Origin: an uncultured Candidatus Saccharibacteria bacterium
Lineage (GTDB): Bacteria; Patescibacteriota; Minisyncoccia; Phycocordibacterales; PALSA-1337
Direction of reading: 5' to 3'
DNA length: 64,000 nt
Assembly: GCA_964358005.1 (NCBI GenBank)
Contig: CAYHNH010000002.1
Location: 18,596-82,595 of the forward strand
Shown here: piece after piece, positions 10,360 through 20,319 of the stretch
Layout: each line of letters starts with the position of its first letter
Position numbering within the stretch: position 1 is the first letter of the stretch
Translations under genes and position numbers: made by a program
Notes under the pieces: generated by a model
What the model saw: the letters and a program-made list of their open reading frames with translations, nothing else
What the model was told of the DNA's origin: nothing
The model's database searches: none

Positions 10360-10403
10360 GGCAGATGACTTTTCAGTCCTTGGACTGCTAAAAGGGTCGT
10401 TGT

Positions 10404-10526
10404 TCAACCATCGTCAGGCCATGGGCCGAAAACGAGTTGCTTGAGAAATACGAGGATTGCCAATAGAACCGAGCCGAAATCCTTCAACGGTTCCCAAACC
10501 TCTTCGCGAACGAGTTCCTTGATCAT
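10404..10526 (-). CDS. candidate 40-aa microprotein
   Basis: MIKELVREEVWEPLKDFGSVLLAILVFLKQLVFGPWPDDG*, lying between the upstream ORF and its terminator. Confidence 0.4.
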   Translation of the reverse strand: MIKELVREEVWEPLKDFGSVLLAILVFLKQLVFGPWPDDG

Positions 10527-10543
10527 GGAAGTAGAAGTCGAAG

Positions 10544-10768
10544 TTAAAGTGGTCGACCAGTAACTGGAAGATGTGGCGCTTGGTCAACTGCACGAATCAG
10601 GGCCTTCTTCGAAGAGGCTCGCCAAGACATAATACCGATGGCGGCAAACCCGACAGCGATGATATCGAGAATGAGCGCGGCCGTCCTCGAACCAAGTGAC
10701 CAGGCGAACCAGCCGTAAAAGCCGGCGACCAAAGCAAAAAAGAACAGAGTGAGCGAGAGCTGTTTCAT
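10544..10768 (-). CDS. small 2-TM membrane protein
   Basis: MKQLSLTLFFFALV...; promoter TTGACG-N17-TATGTT at 10811-10839 (-). Confidence 0.65.
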   Translation of the reverse strand: MKQLSLTLFFFALVAGFYGWFAWSLGSRTAALILDIIAVGFAAIGIMSWRASSKKALIRAVDQAPHLPVTGRPL

Positions 10769-10844
10769 GGTAACTGCGGGGCTGAAGTTTTCAAACAACT
10801 GGACACATTCAACATACAACGTATATTATTAGACGTCAATCAAC

Positions 10845-11960
10845 ATGAAAGACTACTACAAAACCCTAGGTGTGGAGCGGGGCGCTTCCAAGGAGGACAT
10901 CAAAAAGGCCTTCCGTAAGCTCGCGCACGAGCATCACCCTGACAAGACCAAGAACGACCCGACATCCTCGCAGAAATTCAAAGAGGCTAGCGAGGCGTAT
11001 TCGGTGCTATCTGACGACAGCAAACGCAAACAATACGACACCTTCGGCTCGGCTGGACCTGGTATGGGAGGCGGTCCCGGCGGTGGCGGTTTCGGAGGCG
11101 GCGCAGGCTTTAACCCCCAGGACTTCGCCGGTTTCGACTTCTCTGGATTCCAGAATGGTCAGGGCGGGGTAGAATTCGACCTCGGCGACATGTTCGGCGA
11201 TTTCTTCGGTGGCGGACGAAACAGGCAGACTCAAACCCAGAGAGGCAGGGATGTCTCCATCGACATCCAGATTTCATTCGAGGAGTCTATCTTCGGCGTC
11301 GAGCGCGACATCATCGTAACGAAGACAGCGCAATGCCTAGCATGCCACGGCACAGGCGCTGAGACCGGCTCAAGCATGGAAACCTGCAAGACCTGCAACG
11401 GAAAAGGCAAGATAAACGAGACGCGCAGGTCATTTATCGGCGTATTCTCGACGACTCGAGCGTGCGATTCATGCCACGGCAAGGGTCAAGTACCAAAAAA
11501 CAAATGCCATACATGCCACGGCCACGGTGTGCTCGAGCGCCAGCAAGAGATAACGGCGAAGATACCGCCTGGCATAGAGGATGGCGAGATGGTCAGGCTC
11601 GGCGGCATGGGCGAGGCCGTCTCTAACGGCGTCCCGGGCGACATGTACGTGAAGGTCCACGTGAAGCCTCACCAGTTCATACGCAAGCAGGGTCTCGACC
11701 TCGCATCCGACATCCGGATAAAGCTCACCGAGGCCCTGACCGGCGCCAAGATACCTTTCAAGTCCCTGGATGGCGAGCTCGAAGTATCTGTACCGGAGGG
11801 CACGAACACCGGCGACATCCTACGCGTGCGTGGCAAGGGAGTCCCGGGTGAGAACGGCCGTCGCGGCGACCTGCTCATAAGGATCGCAGTCGATATGCCC
11901 AAGAAGCTTTCCAAGAATGCGCGTAAGATCATCGATGATTTGAAAAATGAAGGTTTATGA
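10845..11960 (+). CDS. dnaJ: chaperone DnaJ
   Basis: J-domain HPD, G/F-rich region, four CxxCxGxG repeats. Confidence 0.99.
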   Translation: MKDYYKTLGVERGASKEDIKKAFRKLAHEHHPDKTKNDPTSSQKFKEASEAYSVLSDDSKRKQYDTFGSAGPGMGGGPGGGGFGGGAGFNPQDFAGFDFSGFQNGQGGVEFDLGDMFGDFFGGGRNRQTQTQRGRDVSIDIQISFEESIFGVERDIIVTKTAQCLACHGTGAETGSSMETCKTCNGKGKINETRRSFIGVFSTTRACDSCHGKGQVPKNKCHTCHGHGVLERQQEITAKIPPGIEDGEMVRLGGMGEAVSNGVPGDMYVKVHVKPHQFIRKQGLDLASDIRIKLTEALTGAKIPFKSLDGELEVSVPEGTNTGDILRVRGKGVPGENGRRGDLLIRIAVDMPKKLSKNARKIIDDLKNEGL

Positions 11961-11975
11961 TATAGTATTCCGCCC

Positions 11976-13457
11976 ATGTCTATATTCTCATTTTTAAAAA
12001 GCCACGCAGTGCTAGCAAGCACTATCTGCATAGTCATAGTGGCAGGAGCGGTCATAACAGGCCGCATAGCTTCAAGGCCGGCAGTGGGACTTTTTGACTC
12101 GAATATGAAAAGGGTCGCGGTCGTGCCGGTCAGTAGTTTTAGCACTGGAACAGGCGTGGTAAGCGCGGACGGAATCGTCAAATCCGTGGCCCAGGTCGAC
12201 CTGCGAAGCCAGCTCAGTGCGCCCATATCCCATCTAGCCGTCGCTCTAGGCGACAACGTCTACGCCGGTCAAACCATCGCTGAGCTTTCCAATGCCGATA
12301 TCAGAGCCCAGCTCGACCAGGCTAAGCTCTCGCTCTCACTCGAAGGCATATCGCTCGATTCGGCCCGTAAGACGGCCGTCGACGCAGTCGAGAGCAGCTA
12401 TCTCAATGCCGATGAGGTCGTCCATACCCAGATCGATCCCATGCTTTTCAATAGCACGATGACCTCGGTCCAGCTCTCGGCCTTTTCCACAGACGCGGTC
12501 TATTATCAGCAGATCCTAGCTATGAGGACTGACATCACGAACCTATTCAACTCCTGGAAAGGGATCGTGAACGGCTTAGAGACTGCTAGCGACGCATCGC
12601 TAAGCTCGGCACTAGAGACATCTCAAGCGAACATCGAGAAGATCCGAACTCTCCTGGATGAGATCTCCAAGATATTAAATAGTGCCGCTATCATCGCCCT
12701 GCCAGCGGATTTGGTCAAAGTGAACAGCTGGAAGACTACCGTCACAGCCGCTAGATCCAGCATGAGTGCCGTAGGGACAGCCCTGATAAACGCCAAGAAA
12801 GCCCTATCGAGCTCTCTGGTATCCCAAGGTGGGACTGGAGCCGCGCCAGGCACGATCGCCCAGGCCGGAGTCAAGAATCTCCAGGCCCAGCTGGATAAGA
12901 CCATCATACGATCGCCGATTGCCGGCAAGGTTGCCGCGCTGCCATTGCGTAGCGGTGAATTCGCCGGGCCAGGCCAGCTCATAGCCACGATAGTCGGCGC
13001 TGGGTCATTGGAAATCCAGGCATTCGTTAGCGCTGAGGACATCTCCAGGATAAGCATCGGCGCCGAGGCAACCGTAGATGGCAATATCTCCGGAAAAGTT
13101 TCCAACATCTCACCTAGCGTGAACCCGGTGAACAAGAGGGTCGAGGTCAAAATACTGGTGAGCTCAGAGACTCCAGGCCTCATCATAGGCAGGAACGTGA
13201 GCGCATCTATAAAAGCCGCGGCGGCCGAGGCTTCGACGACTTCCGTATACAACATCCCCATACAGAACATCAGGATAGTGCCTGGCGACGCCTATGTCTT
13301 CACAGTCGATGAGTCGTCGAAGGTCGTAAAGCATAGAGTCACACTCGGCGAGGTCAAAGGGGATTTCGTCCAAGTGATCGCAGGTATCAACTCTGACATG
13401 AAGATAGTCTCCCCAGTATACGAGCTCGAGGAAGGACAGACGGTGGAGATAGAGTAA
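11976..13457 (+). CDS. RND adaptor (MFP/HlyD family)
   Basis: N-terminal TM, lipoyl halves (VALGDNVYAGQTIAEL; IRSPIAGKV), long coiled coil. Confidence 0.88.
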   Translation: MSIFSFLKSHAVLASTICIVIVAGAVITGRIASRPAVGLFDSNMKRVAVVPVSSFSTGTGVVSADGIVKSVAQVDLRSQLSAPISHLAVALGDNVYAGQTIAELSNADIRAQLDQAKLSLSLEGISLDSARKTAVDAVESSYLNADEVVHTQIDPMLFNSTMTSVQLSAFSTDAVYYQQILAMRTDITNLFNSWKGIVNGLETASDASLSSALETSQANIEKIRTLLDEISKILNSAAIIALPADLVKVNSWKTTVTAARSSMSAVGTALINAKKALSSSLVSQGGTGAAPGTIAQAGVKNLQAQLDKTIIRSPIAGKVAALPLRSGEFAGPGQLIATIVGAGSLEIQAFVSAEDISRISIGAEATVDGNISGKVSNISPSVNPVNKRVEVKILVSSETPGLIIGRNVSASIKAAAAEASTTSVYNIPIQNIRIVPGDAYVFTVDESSKVVKHRVTLGEVKGDFVQVIAGINSDMKIVSPVYELEEGQTVEIE

Positions 13458-13461
13458 ACTC

Positions 13462-16400
13462 ATGGAAACAAAGAACAGCGAACATTCTTCGGATAGCCGC
13501 TATCTGGCCAAGCTGCAGTTCAGACCAGAACTGCGCAGGATGTGGCTCAATTTTTTTGTCACTAATTTCCGCGTAGTCATACTGCTCATCGCAGTCATCA
13601 CAGCTTGGGGCTTGTATTCATTCTTCACACTGCCGCGCGAATCCAATCCGGAGATAAAGATACCCATAGCCATAGTCATGACACCCTATCCGGGCGCTTC
13701 GCCGTCCGACGTAGAGGAATTCGTGACCAAGAAGATCGAGGCCGAGCTATCCGGCCTCAAGGGTCTAAAGCAATTGTCATCTAGCTCATATAATTCGCTT
13801 TCTTCTATCCAGGTGGAATTCGACGCGAACCAGGACGTAGACGATTCGATACGGCGCTTGAGGGACAAGGTAAATGCTGTTCAGCCCAAGATAACCACGG
13901 AGGCCGATGACTCCGTAGTCACAGAGATATCTATAGACGACGCACCTATATGGTCCATCTCCATCACCGGGCCTTATGACGGATTCACCCTGCGGTCATA
14001 TGCCGAGGACATCAAGGACGAGCTCGAGAAGATAGGCGGCGTTCGCGAGATATCTATATCAGGCGGCGACGAGTATCAGTACGAGGTTGCATACATCCCT
14101 GAGCAGCTGCTTTTCTATGGTTTGAGCGTAAATCAGGTCAATCAAATTATCGCGGCCTCGAATGTGGCCATACCTGCTGGCAACTTCGAGCAGGGCTCCC
14201 TGATATTCCCGGTGCGTACTGATGGAAGATTCACCGACATTAAGAGCCTGGGCGGGATAGCCATCTCCCATACCGATTCTGGATCGACTGTGTACCTGCG
14301 CGATATTGCCAAGGTCAGCGAGACAGCAGTGAAGAAGACAACTTATTCCAGGCTATCCATAAACGGAGGCGAACCCAAGAATTCCGTGAGCCTGGGGCTA
14401 ATAAAACGCCAAGGCTCATCGGTCCTAGAGACGGTAGATGCGGCCAAGAGGGCAGTAGACACAGCCATCGCTTCGTTTCCACCGGGCATAACCTATGACG
14501 TCACCATGGACATGGCTAAGGAGGTCCGTACCAGTTTCGATCAACTGTCGCATGACTTCGTCATCACAGTCCTTCTCGTGGCTGTCATTTTATTCCTCAT
14601 CGTCGGGCTCAAGGAGGCCTTCGTCGCCGGACTGGCCATACCGCTGGTGTTCTTCGTCAGCTTCGGAGTGCTCAAGATGATGGGCATAACCTTGAACTTC
14701 CTATCCCTGTTCTCGCTCATACTGGCCTTGGGCCTCCTGGTCGACGACGCCATCGTGGTCGTATCAGCGACCAAGCAGTACCTGAACACCGGCAAATTCA
14801 CGCCCGAAGAAGCGGTGCTATTGGTGCTCAATGACTTCAAATGGGTGCTCACCACAACGACGCTAGCCACAGTCTGGGCTTTCCTGCCGCTCCTATTCTC
14901 GACAGGCATAGTCGGCCAGTATCTGAAATCCATCCCCATCACGGTCTCCATAACACTCATTGCCTCGCTGTTCATAGCCCTCATGATCAACCACCCACTA
15001 GCGGCCGTGCTCGAGCGCATCCGGCTTACAAGGAGGTTCTTCTTCATCATCGAAGCTCTGCTCATAGTCTTCGCCGCTTGGATGGTCTACATGGGCGGCA
15101 TCATCTTCTACACGCTCGGCGCTCTTGCCGTCGTCATCGAGATATATCTCATCTGGTGGTATGAGCATGGAGGCAAAGGGAAGACGCTAGATAATGCCGT
15201 GCTCATGGAACGGGAATGGCAGGATGATGGTCTCATCAAGCAGAAGCTAGCGGAGCAGGGCGATCGCCACAACGAGAGCTTCTCGAGCCGACTCATCCAC
15301 GGCATCATACATTTCAATATATTCCTGCCCATCTACGAAAAGTACTTGCGGCACTACATTCTGGACAAGAAGCGTCGCCGCCGCGTACTCGCCGGTGTCG
15401 TTGTCCTTTTCGTCGCTTCCATCATGCTGGTGGCTACTGGCGTGATACGCAACGAATTCTTCCCGCCGTCCGACCAGGACTATGTCTACATAGACATGAA
15501 GACTCCGGTCGGGACTAATCTGCAGGCGACTGATTCAAAGGCAAGGGAAGTCGAGAAACTGCTCTACTCATATCCGGATATACAGAGCTTCACGACTACT
15601 ATCGGCCGCGGCAGTCCCAATTCCGGCAACTTCGGCGGGGGAGGTGTGGGCTCTGCGAACATAGCCTCGATAGCTCTCACTCTGAGGGAAAAAGGCGAGC
15701 GCTCCATGAAGTCATTCCTATTCGCCGATGTGGTGAGAGCCGATCTATCCAAAGCGCGCATACCTGGACTGGAGATAAACGTGGCTTCTCTGGCTGGCGG
15801 ACCGCCAGCAGGCGCAGCCTTCGAAGCGCGCGTGATGGGCGACGACTTCGAAACGCTCACCCAAGTGGTGAACGATCTTAAACCGATGCTCGCATCCATC
15901 CCGGGAGCTATAAACGTCAATGCATCTCTCAAGGATTCAGTGCCAGAATACACATTCAAGCTCGACCCGAAAAAGCTCGAAGAGAACCGTCTTAGTGCCA
16001 TAACAGTCGGGTCATACCTGCGTACGGCCATAGCAGGGACAGAGCTCATGAAGATCGTCCGCGACGAGAAGGAAATCAAGCTCATGGCCACATTCGACCA
16101 GGGATCTATACCGACCTTGCAAGCAATACAGAACCTGCAGATCGCGAACTCGCGTGGCGAAGCCGTCTACCTGAAGGATGTGGCCGAGATCGAACTCAAA
16201 CCAGCCGTGGACGTGATCATGCGCATAGACCAGAGGAGGACGGTCCTCTTATCAGCAGGAGCAGATTCGACTACGAACGGCCAGGCCCTGCTCGCTGAAT
16301 TCAATAAGAAGCTGGCCACATACAGCATGCCCTCTGGCTATGCCATCGTGTATGGCGGCGAGAATGAACAGAATGCCGAATCGCTGGTCTCGGTCATGCG

Positions 16401-16881
16401 CGCCATGGTGATCGCTCTCATTCTCATCGTCTCGACTCTCATCATCCAGTTCAATTCCTTTAGGAAGGCCCTCATAGTGCTGGTGCCTATACCGCTGGCG
16501 CTCATCGGCGTCTTCGTCGGCATGGCGGTGTTCGATGTGTCGCTCGGCCTGCCTGGGCTCATCGGCATCCTGGCGCTCTTCGGCATCGTGGTGAAGAACG
16601 CGATCATACTTGTCGACAAGATAAACATAAATATCAAAAGCGGCATCCCATTCGAAGAATCAGTAGTCGATGCCGGAAAGGCCAGGCTCGAAGCGATCTT
16701 CATCACTTCGCTCTGCACGATCTTCGGTATCCTGCCGGTCACATTGTCTGATGAGTTCTGGCAGGCCCTGGGCTCTGCAGTCATCTTCGGTCTACTATTG
16801 TCGTCGTTCCTGACTCTGTTCATCGTCCCGGCGTTCTATCTCATGTTTGTGAAGGATAAATCTTCTGCTGTCATTAATTAG
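13462..16881 (+). CDS. RND permease (AcrB/AcrD/AcrF family)
   Basis: YPGASPSDVE, GLLVDDAIVV, GIVVKNAII; 1139 aa. Confidence 0.95.
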   Translation: METKNSEHSSDSRYLAKLQFRPELRRMWLNFFVTNFRVVILLIAVITAWGLYSFFTLPRESNPEIKIPIAIVMTPYPGASPSDVEEFVTKKIEAELSGLKGLKQLSSSSYNSLSSIQVEFDANQDVDDSIRRLRDKVNAVQPKITTEADDSVVTEISIDDAPIWSISITGPYDGFTLRSYAEDIKDELEKIGGVREISISGGDEYQYEVAYIPEQLLFYGLSVNQVNQIIAASNVAIPAGNFEQGSLIFPVRTDGRFTDIKSLGGIAISHTDSGSTVYLRDIAKVSETAVKKTTYSRLSINGGEPKNSVSLGLIKRQGSSVLETVDAAKRAVDTAIASFPPGITYDVTMDMAKEVRTSFDQLSHDFVITVLLVAVILFLIVGLKEAFVAGLAIPLVFFVSFGVLKMMGITLNFLSLFSLILALGLLVDDAIVVVSATKQYLNTGKFTPEEAVLLVLNDFKWVLTTTTLATVWAFLPLLFSTGIVGQYLKSIPITVSITLIASLFIALMINHPLAAVLERIRLTRRFFFIIEALLIVFAAWMVYMGGIIFYTLGALAVVIEIYLIWWYEHGGKGKTLDNAVLMEREWQDDGLIKQKLAEQGDRHNESFSSRLIHGIIHFNIFLPIYEKYLRHYILDKKRRRRVLAGVVVLFVASIMLVATGVIRNEFFPPSDQDYVYIDMKTPVGTNLQATDSKAREVEKLLYSYPDIQSFTTTIGRGSPNSGNFGGGGVGSANIASIALTLREKGERSMKSFLFADVVRADLSKARIPGLEINVASLAGGPPAGAAFEARVMGDDFETLTQVVNDLKPMLASIPGAINVNASLKDSVPEYTFKLDPKKLEENRLSAITVGSYLRTAIAGTELMKIVRDEKEIKLMATFDQGSIPTLQAIQNLQIANSRGEAVYLKDVAEIELKPAVDVIMRIDQRRTVLLSAGADSTTNGQALLAEFNKKLATYSMPSGYAIVYGGENEQNAESLVSVMRAMVIALILIVSTLIIQFNSFRKALIVLVPIPLALIGVFVGMAVFDVSLGLPGLIGILALFGIVVKNAIILVDKININIKSGIPFEESVVDAGKARLEAIFITSLCTIFGILPVTLSDEFWQALGSAVIFGLLLSSFLTLFIVPAFYLMFVKDKSSAVIN

Positions 16882-16903
16882 GCATTAGCCAGACAGTCCC
16901 GCC

Positions 16904-17006
16904 GGCCCTTTTTCTAGGAGCTTCATACATGGGGGGGCGACTACCTATGCATTTTGGGACAGATTTTGTCTCAAAAGGCATAGGTACTTAAGATGAACTA
17001 CTTCTT
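16904..17006. repeat. ~100-bp palindromic element, copy B
   Basis: See copy A; GATGAACTACTTCTT (16992-17006) is the exact reverse complement of 10202-10216. Confidence 0.85.
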
Positions 17007-17091
17007 TGTCATGAAAGAAGCCTATAACAAAGATGTTATAGGTCTCATGTACGAACAGGTGTGAGGGCCGCATGGGTAGCGCTTAGATAAC

Positions 17092-17139
17092 AATAAACCC
17101 GCCTCACGACAAAGCTTGGGGGCTTATTGTCGGGGCGGG
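17092..17139 (-). terminator. intrinsic terminator
   Basis: Minus strand CCCGCCCCGACAA...TTGTCGTGAGGCGGG-TTTATT just after the 17157 ORF. Confidence 0.6.
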
Positions 17140-17156
17140 CAAAGCGGCGCATCAGA

Positions 17157-17450
17157 TCACTTGGTCGCTTTCTCCGATTTGGAGTCGGTCGTCTTCGGCG
17201 ACGGCAAGCCGTCATCGAAGACAATCCAGACACCATAGAACATGTTCTTGACCTCGCCGTCGTAGTAGACGTTGAAACTGACGAGCTTCAATGTCGGATG
17301 ATCATCGATCCACTTGTCGATGACCGTCGCGACGGTTTGGGGAGTTATGCGGGTGTTGTCCGCGAGACTGACAAACACTGTGCGTTGTTTGGCAAAGGCG
17401 ACTGAAGTCGCCGAAAGGAAAAGGCAAACCAGTAGGAGCATCTTTTTCAT
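17157..17450 (-). CDS. small secreted hypothetical protein
   Basis: Signal peptide MKKMLLLVCLFLSATSVAFA; own promoter and terminator. Confidence 0.75.
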   Translation of the reverse strand: MKKMLLLVCLFLSATSVAFAKQRTVFVSLADNTRITPQTVATVIDKWIDDHPTLKLVSFNVYYDGEVKNMFYGVWIVFDDGLPSPKTTDSKSEKATK

Positions 17451-17477
17451 AGGAAGGAATTGTCAAAGCTGTGGTGC

Positions 17478-17506
17478 ATTCTAGCACGTTAATGTATATA
17501 TGTCAA
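17478..17506 (-). promoter_or_regulatory. sigma70 promoter
   Basis: TTGACA-N17-TAGAAT on the minus strand. Confidence 0.75.
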
Positions 17507-17545
17507 CCTCTGCTAAACGGCCCTGATTCCTGCTATCATTCATCC

Positions 17546-18493
17546 ATGAAGAAAATCCTCCTCTCCGGCGTGAAGCCATCCGGGCGGCCGCACATAGGCA
17601 ACTATTTCGGCGCCATGAAGCAATTCGTGGAACTGCTCGCCTCCGACAAATACGAGTGCTACTTTTTCATCCCCGACTATCACGCTCTCAACACCGTCCA
17701 GAACGCCGAGGAGATGAGACATAACTCCCTGGATGTGGCCATTGACTACATGGCGCTCGGGCTCGACCCCACCAAGGCCACGCTCTTCAAACAGTCAGAC
17801 GTGTCGGCACATACCGAGCTCGCTTGGATATTCGATACGCTAGTATCCGTCCCGTACCTACAGCGCGCTCACGCCTACAAAGACGCCGAAGCCAAGGGCA
17901 CCGAGATCAGCATGGGCACATTCAACTATCCCGTGCTCATGGCGGCCGACATACTCCTCTACGATACGGACGTCGTGCCAGTAGGCCAGGACCAGAAGCA
18001 ACACATAGAATACGCGCGCGACATCGCCGCCAAGTTTAACAACACCTTTGGCGAGACTTTCAAGCTGCCGGAGCCCTTCATTCTCGAGAATATGGCGACA
18101 GTTCCAGGTACTGATGGGCGCAAGATGTCCAAGAGCTACAACAACACGATACCGCTCTTCGCCACCCGCGAGGAGATAGTCAAGGCCGTCATGGGCATAG
18201 TCACTGATTCGGGTGCAGACGTGCCGACCAACGTATATGCCATGCACAAGCTGTTCCGACCAGAAGGGGATATAAAAGCGCTCTACGAGGCGAATAAGGG
18301 CAAATACAAGGCTTTAAAGGAGGCTTTGATAGAGGATATAGACGCCTTTCTGAAGCCTCTGCGCGAGCGCCGAGCCGAGATAGCCAAGAATGAAAAGCAG
18401 GTCATGATAGTGCTAGACAAGGGAGCCGAGAAGGCTCACGGCAAGGCTTCGGCCAAACTGCGCGACGTCAAAAAGAAGATAGGCGTATTGTAG
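17546..18493 (+). CDS. trpS: tryptophan--tRNA ligase
   Basis: PHIGNY, VPVGQDQ, KMSKS; start set at ATG 17546. Confidence 0.97.
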   Translation: MKKILLSGVKPSGRPHIGNYFGAMKQFVELLASDKYECYFFIPDYHALNTVQNAEEMRHNSLDVAIDYMALGLDPTKATLFKQSDVSAHTELAWIFDTLVSVPYLQRAHAYKDAEAKGTEISMGTFNYPVLMAADILLYDTDVVPVGQDQKQHIEYARDIAAKFNNTFGETFKLPEPFILENMATVPGTDGRKMSKSYNNTIPLFATREEIVKAVMGIVTDSGADVPTNVYAMHKLFRPEGDIKALYEANKGKYKALKEALIEDIDAFLKPLRERRAEIAKNEKQVMIVLDKGAEKAHGKASAKLRDVKKKIGVL

Positions 18494-18496
18494 GAA

Positions 18497-19219
18497 ATGT
18501 CATTCACTGTCAAAACCCAAGCATTCGAGGGACCGCTCGACCTCCTGCTCGATCTCATCGAGAGGCGCAAGCTTTTCATTAGCGATATCGCGCTCTCGAA
18601 GGTCACGGACGACTTCATCGAACATGTGAAGCGATTCGAGAACCTGCCCATGGGGGAGTCGGCACACTTCATATTGGTGGCCTCGACTCTGTTGCTCATA
18701 AAATCAAAATCACTTTTGCCTGATCTGGCTCTCACAGAGGAGGAGCAAGGCGACATCAAGGACCTCGAGACGCGCCTCAAGATATACAGACGGGTGAAGG
18801 AGGCCAGTAAGCACGTTGAAAGCCTCTTCGGTAAAGATATGATCTTCGGGGTATCGCAGTCCAGACCGTTCAGCCCAATCTTCGCACCTGACCCAGAATT
18901 CAACCTCGAGCGAGCGCTAAATTCTCTGAAGGACCTGGTCAAGAGATTGCCCAAGGCCGAAACATTGCCGAAGCTCACAGTGAAGAAGATCATCAGTCTC
19001 GAGGATATGATAGGTAACTTGACGAGCCGGATAACTAGCCAGCTCCGGATGAGCTTCAAACAATTCACTTCAGAGCACAAGGGTGAGAGGATAAACGTCA
19101 TCGTGAGCTTCCTGGCCATGCTCGAGCTCGTGAAGCACGGGGTTCTCGAGGTCACCCAGAGAGGCGATTTTTCAGATATTGAAATGGAAACGAAACAGGT
19201 TGGGGTGCCGAAATATTAA
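18497..19219 (+). CDS. scpA: segregation/condensation protein A
   Basis: FEGPLDLLLDLI, FLAMLEL. Confidence 0.95.
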   Translation: MSFTVKTQAFEGPLDLLLDLIERRKLFISDIALSKVTDDFIEHVKRFENLPMGESAHFILVASTLLLIKSKSLLPDLALTEEEQGDIKDLETRLKIYRRVKEASKHVESLFGKDMIFGVSQSRPFSPIFAPDPEFNLERALNSLKDLVKRLPKAETLPKLTVKKIISLEDMIGNLTSRITSQLRMSFKQFTSEHKGERINVIVSFLAMLELVKHGVLEVTQRGDFSDIEMETKQVGVPKY

Positions 19220-19221
19220 AC

Positions 19222-19251
19222 AAAAAAGCCGCCGATGGAGATGTCGGCGGC
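19222..19251 (-). terminator. intrinsic terminator
   Basis: GCCGCCGA..TCGGCGGC plus T6 on the minus strand. Confidence 0.7.
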
Positions 19252-19278
19252 AGAGGGAAGCAGGTGAAGCTCCGGCGG

Positions 19279-19686
19279 TCAGGCAGTGTGGCCATGTCTC
19301 CGCAGCCCTTGGAGCTCATCCAGAAGCTGTCGTTCCTTTGCTTCGAAATGAGAGAGCTTTCCAGCCAATCCGGGACCGGCCGAGGAGGATTTGGCTTGGT
19401 CGATGTCCTGCTTGATCTCAACGAGACCCTGGTGAATCTCCCCCTCCCGAATCACCTCATACCGGTGCCTCAGGTGCTTGAGATCTTTGCGCAGGCGTTC
19501 CAGCTCCGCCTCAGGCGTGATAAGGACGCTGCTGCTCTGCTTCGCCTTGATGAGTGCCTCCAAGGCCCCGATCTGCGAGGCGATCTCGAGGCTGGTCTGG
19601 GGCTTTTTGCGAAGCTGTCGGACGATAAGATAAACGGCGGCAATCACTGCCACGACGAGCGGGAGTAGCCAGAAGTAAATGTGCAT
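19279..19686 (-). CDS. membrane-anchored coiled-coil hypothetical protein
   Basis: N-terminal TM, own TTGACT-N16-TAAGAT promoter and terminator; inserted between scpA and scpB. Confidence 0.7.
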   Translation of the reverse strand: MHIYFWLLPLVVAVIAAVYLIVRQLRKKPQTSLEIASQIGALEALIKAKQSSSVLITPEAELERLRKDLKHLRHRYEVIREGEIHQGLVEIKQDIDQAKSSSAGPGLAGKLSHFEAKERQLLDELQGLRRHGHTA

Positions 19687-19758
19687 ATTTTATATGGTTC
19701 AAATCGAATCTTATTCCTTTCGCCGTACAAGTCAATAGTGTAAAATAAGCCGCATAAT

Positions 19759-20319
19759 ATGGACTTACCGCAAAAGATAGAGGCCGTGCTTTTCTGGAAG
19801 GCTGAACCTGTTTCATTCAGGAAGCTCGCAACGCTTTTGGATACCGACATAGGCGCGGTGAAGGCCGGTGTCGACCAGCTGGAACAAGCCCTGAAGGGAA
19901 GAGGGGTCACCCTAGTACAAACTGATGAAGAAATATCACTCGGCACTGCCAAGGAACTGTCTCCGCTCATAGAGAAATTGACGAAGGACGAGCTAACGAA
20001 AGATCTGGGTAAGGCCGGGCTAGAAACACTCTCGATAGTCCTCTATCAGGGTCCGATTTCCCGGAGCAACCTCGACTACATACGAGGAGTCAATTCGCAA
20101 TTCATCCTCCGATCACTGCTCATACGCGGACTAGTCGAGCGTGTAGACAATCCAGAGGATTCTAGGAGCTTCCTCTACAAGCCGACCCTAGCACTACTCT
20201 CACATCTAGGCATCTCCAAGATCACAGACCTGCCCGAATACGAACAGGTGAGAAGCGAGATCGAAAGCTTCAAAGCTACACCAAAAGCGCCCGCATCTGA
20301 TGCTACAATAGCCGAGTAA
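19759..20319 (+). CDS. scpB: SMC-Scp complex subunit ScpB
   Basis: IEAVLF, LETLSIVLY.GPISR..LDYIRGVNS. Confidence 0.95.
   Translation: MDLPQKIEAVLFWKAEPVSFRKLATLLDTDIGAVKAGVDQLEQALKGRGVTLVQTDEEISLGTAKELSPLIEKLTKDELTKDLGKAGLETLSIVLYQGPISRSNLDYIRGVNSQFILRSLLIRGLVERVDNPEDSRSFLYKPTLALLSHLGISKITDLPEYEQVRSEIESFKATPKAPASDATIAE

Noticed and set aside
10222-16976. 35-nt identical palindromic repeat as a CRISPR repeat
   Set aside because: Only two copies 6.7 kb apart, no spacers, no cas genes
19264-19668. Plus-strand 134-aa ORF between scpA and scpB
   Set aside because: The minus-strand ORF has the TM anchor, promoter and terminator; this one is its shadow
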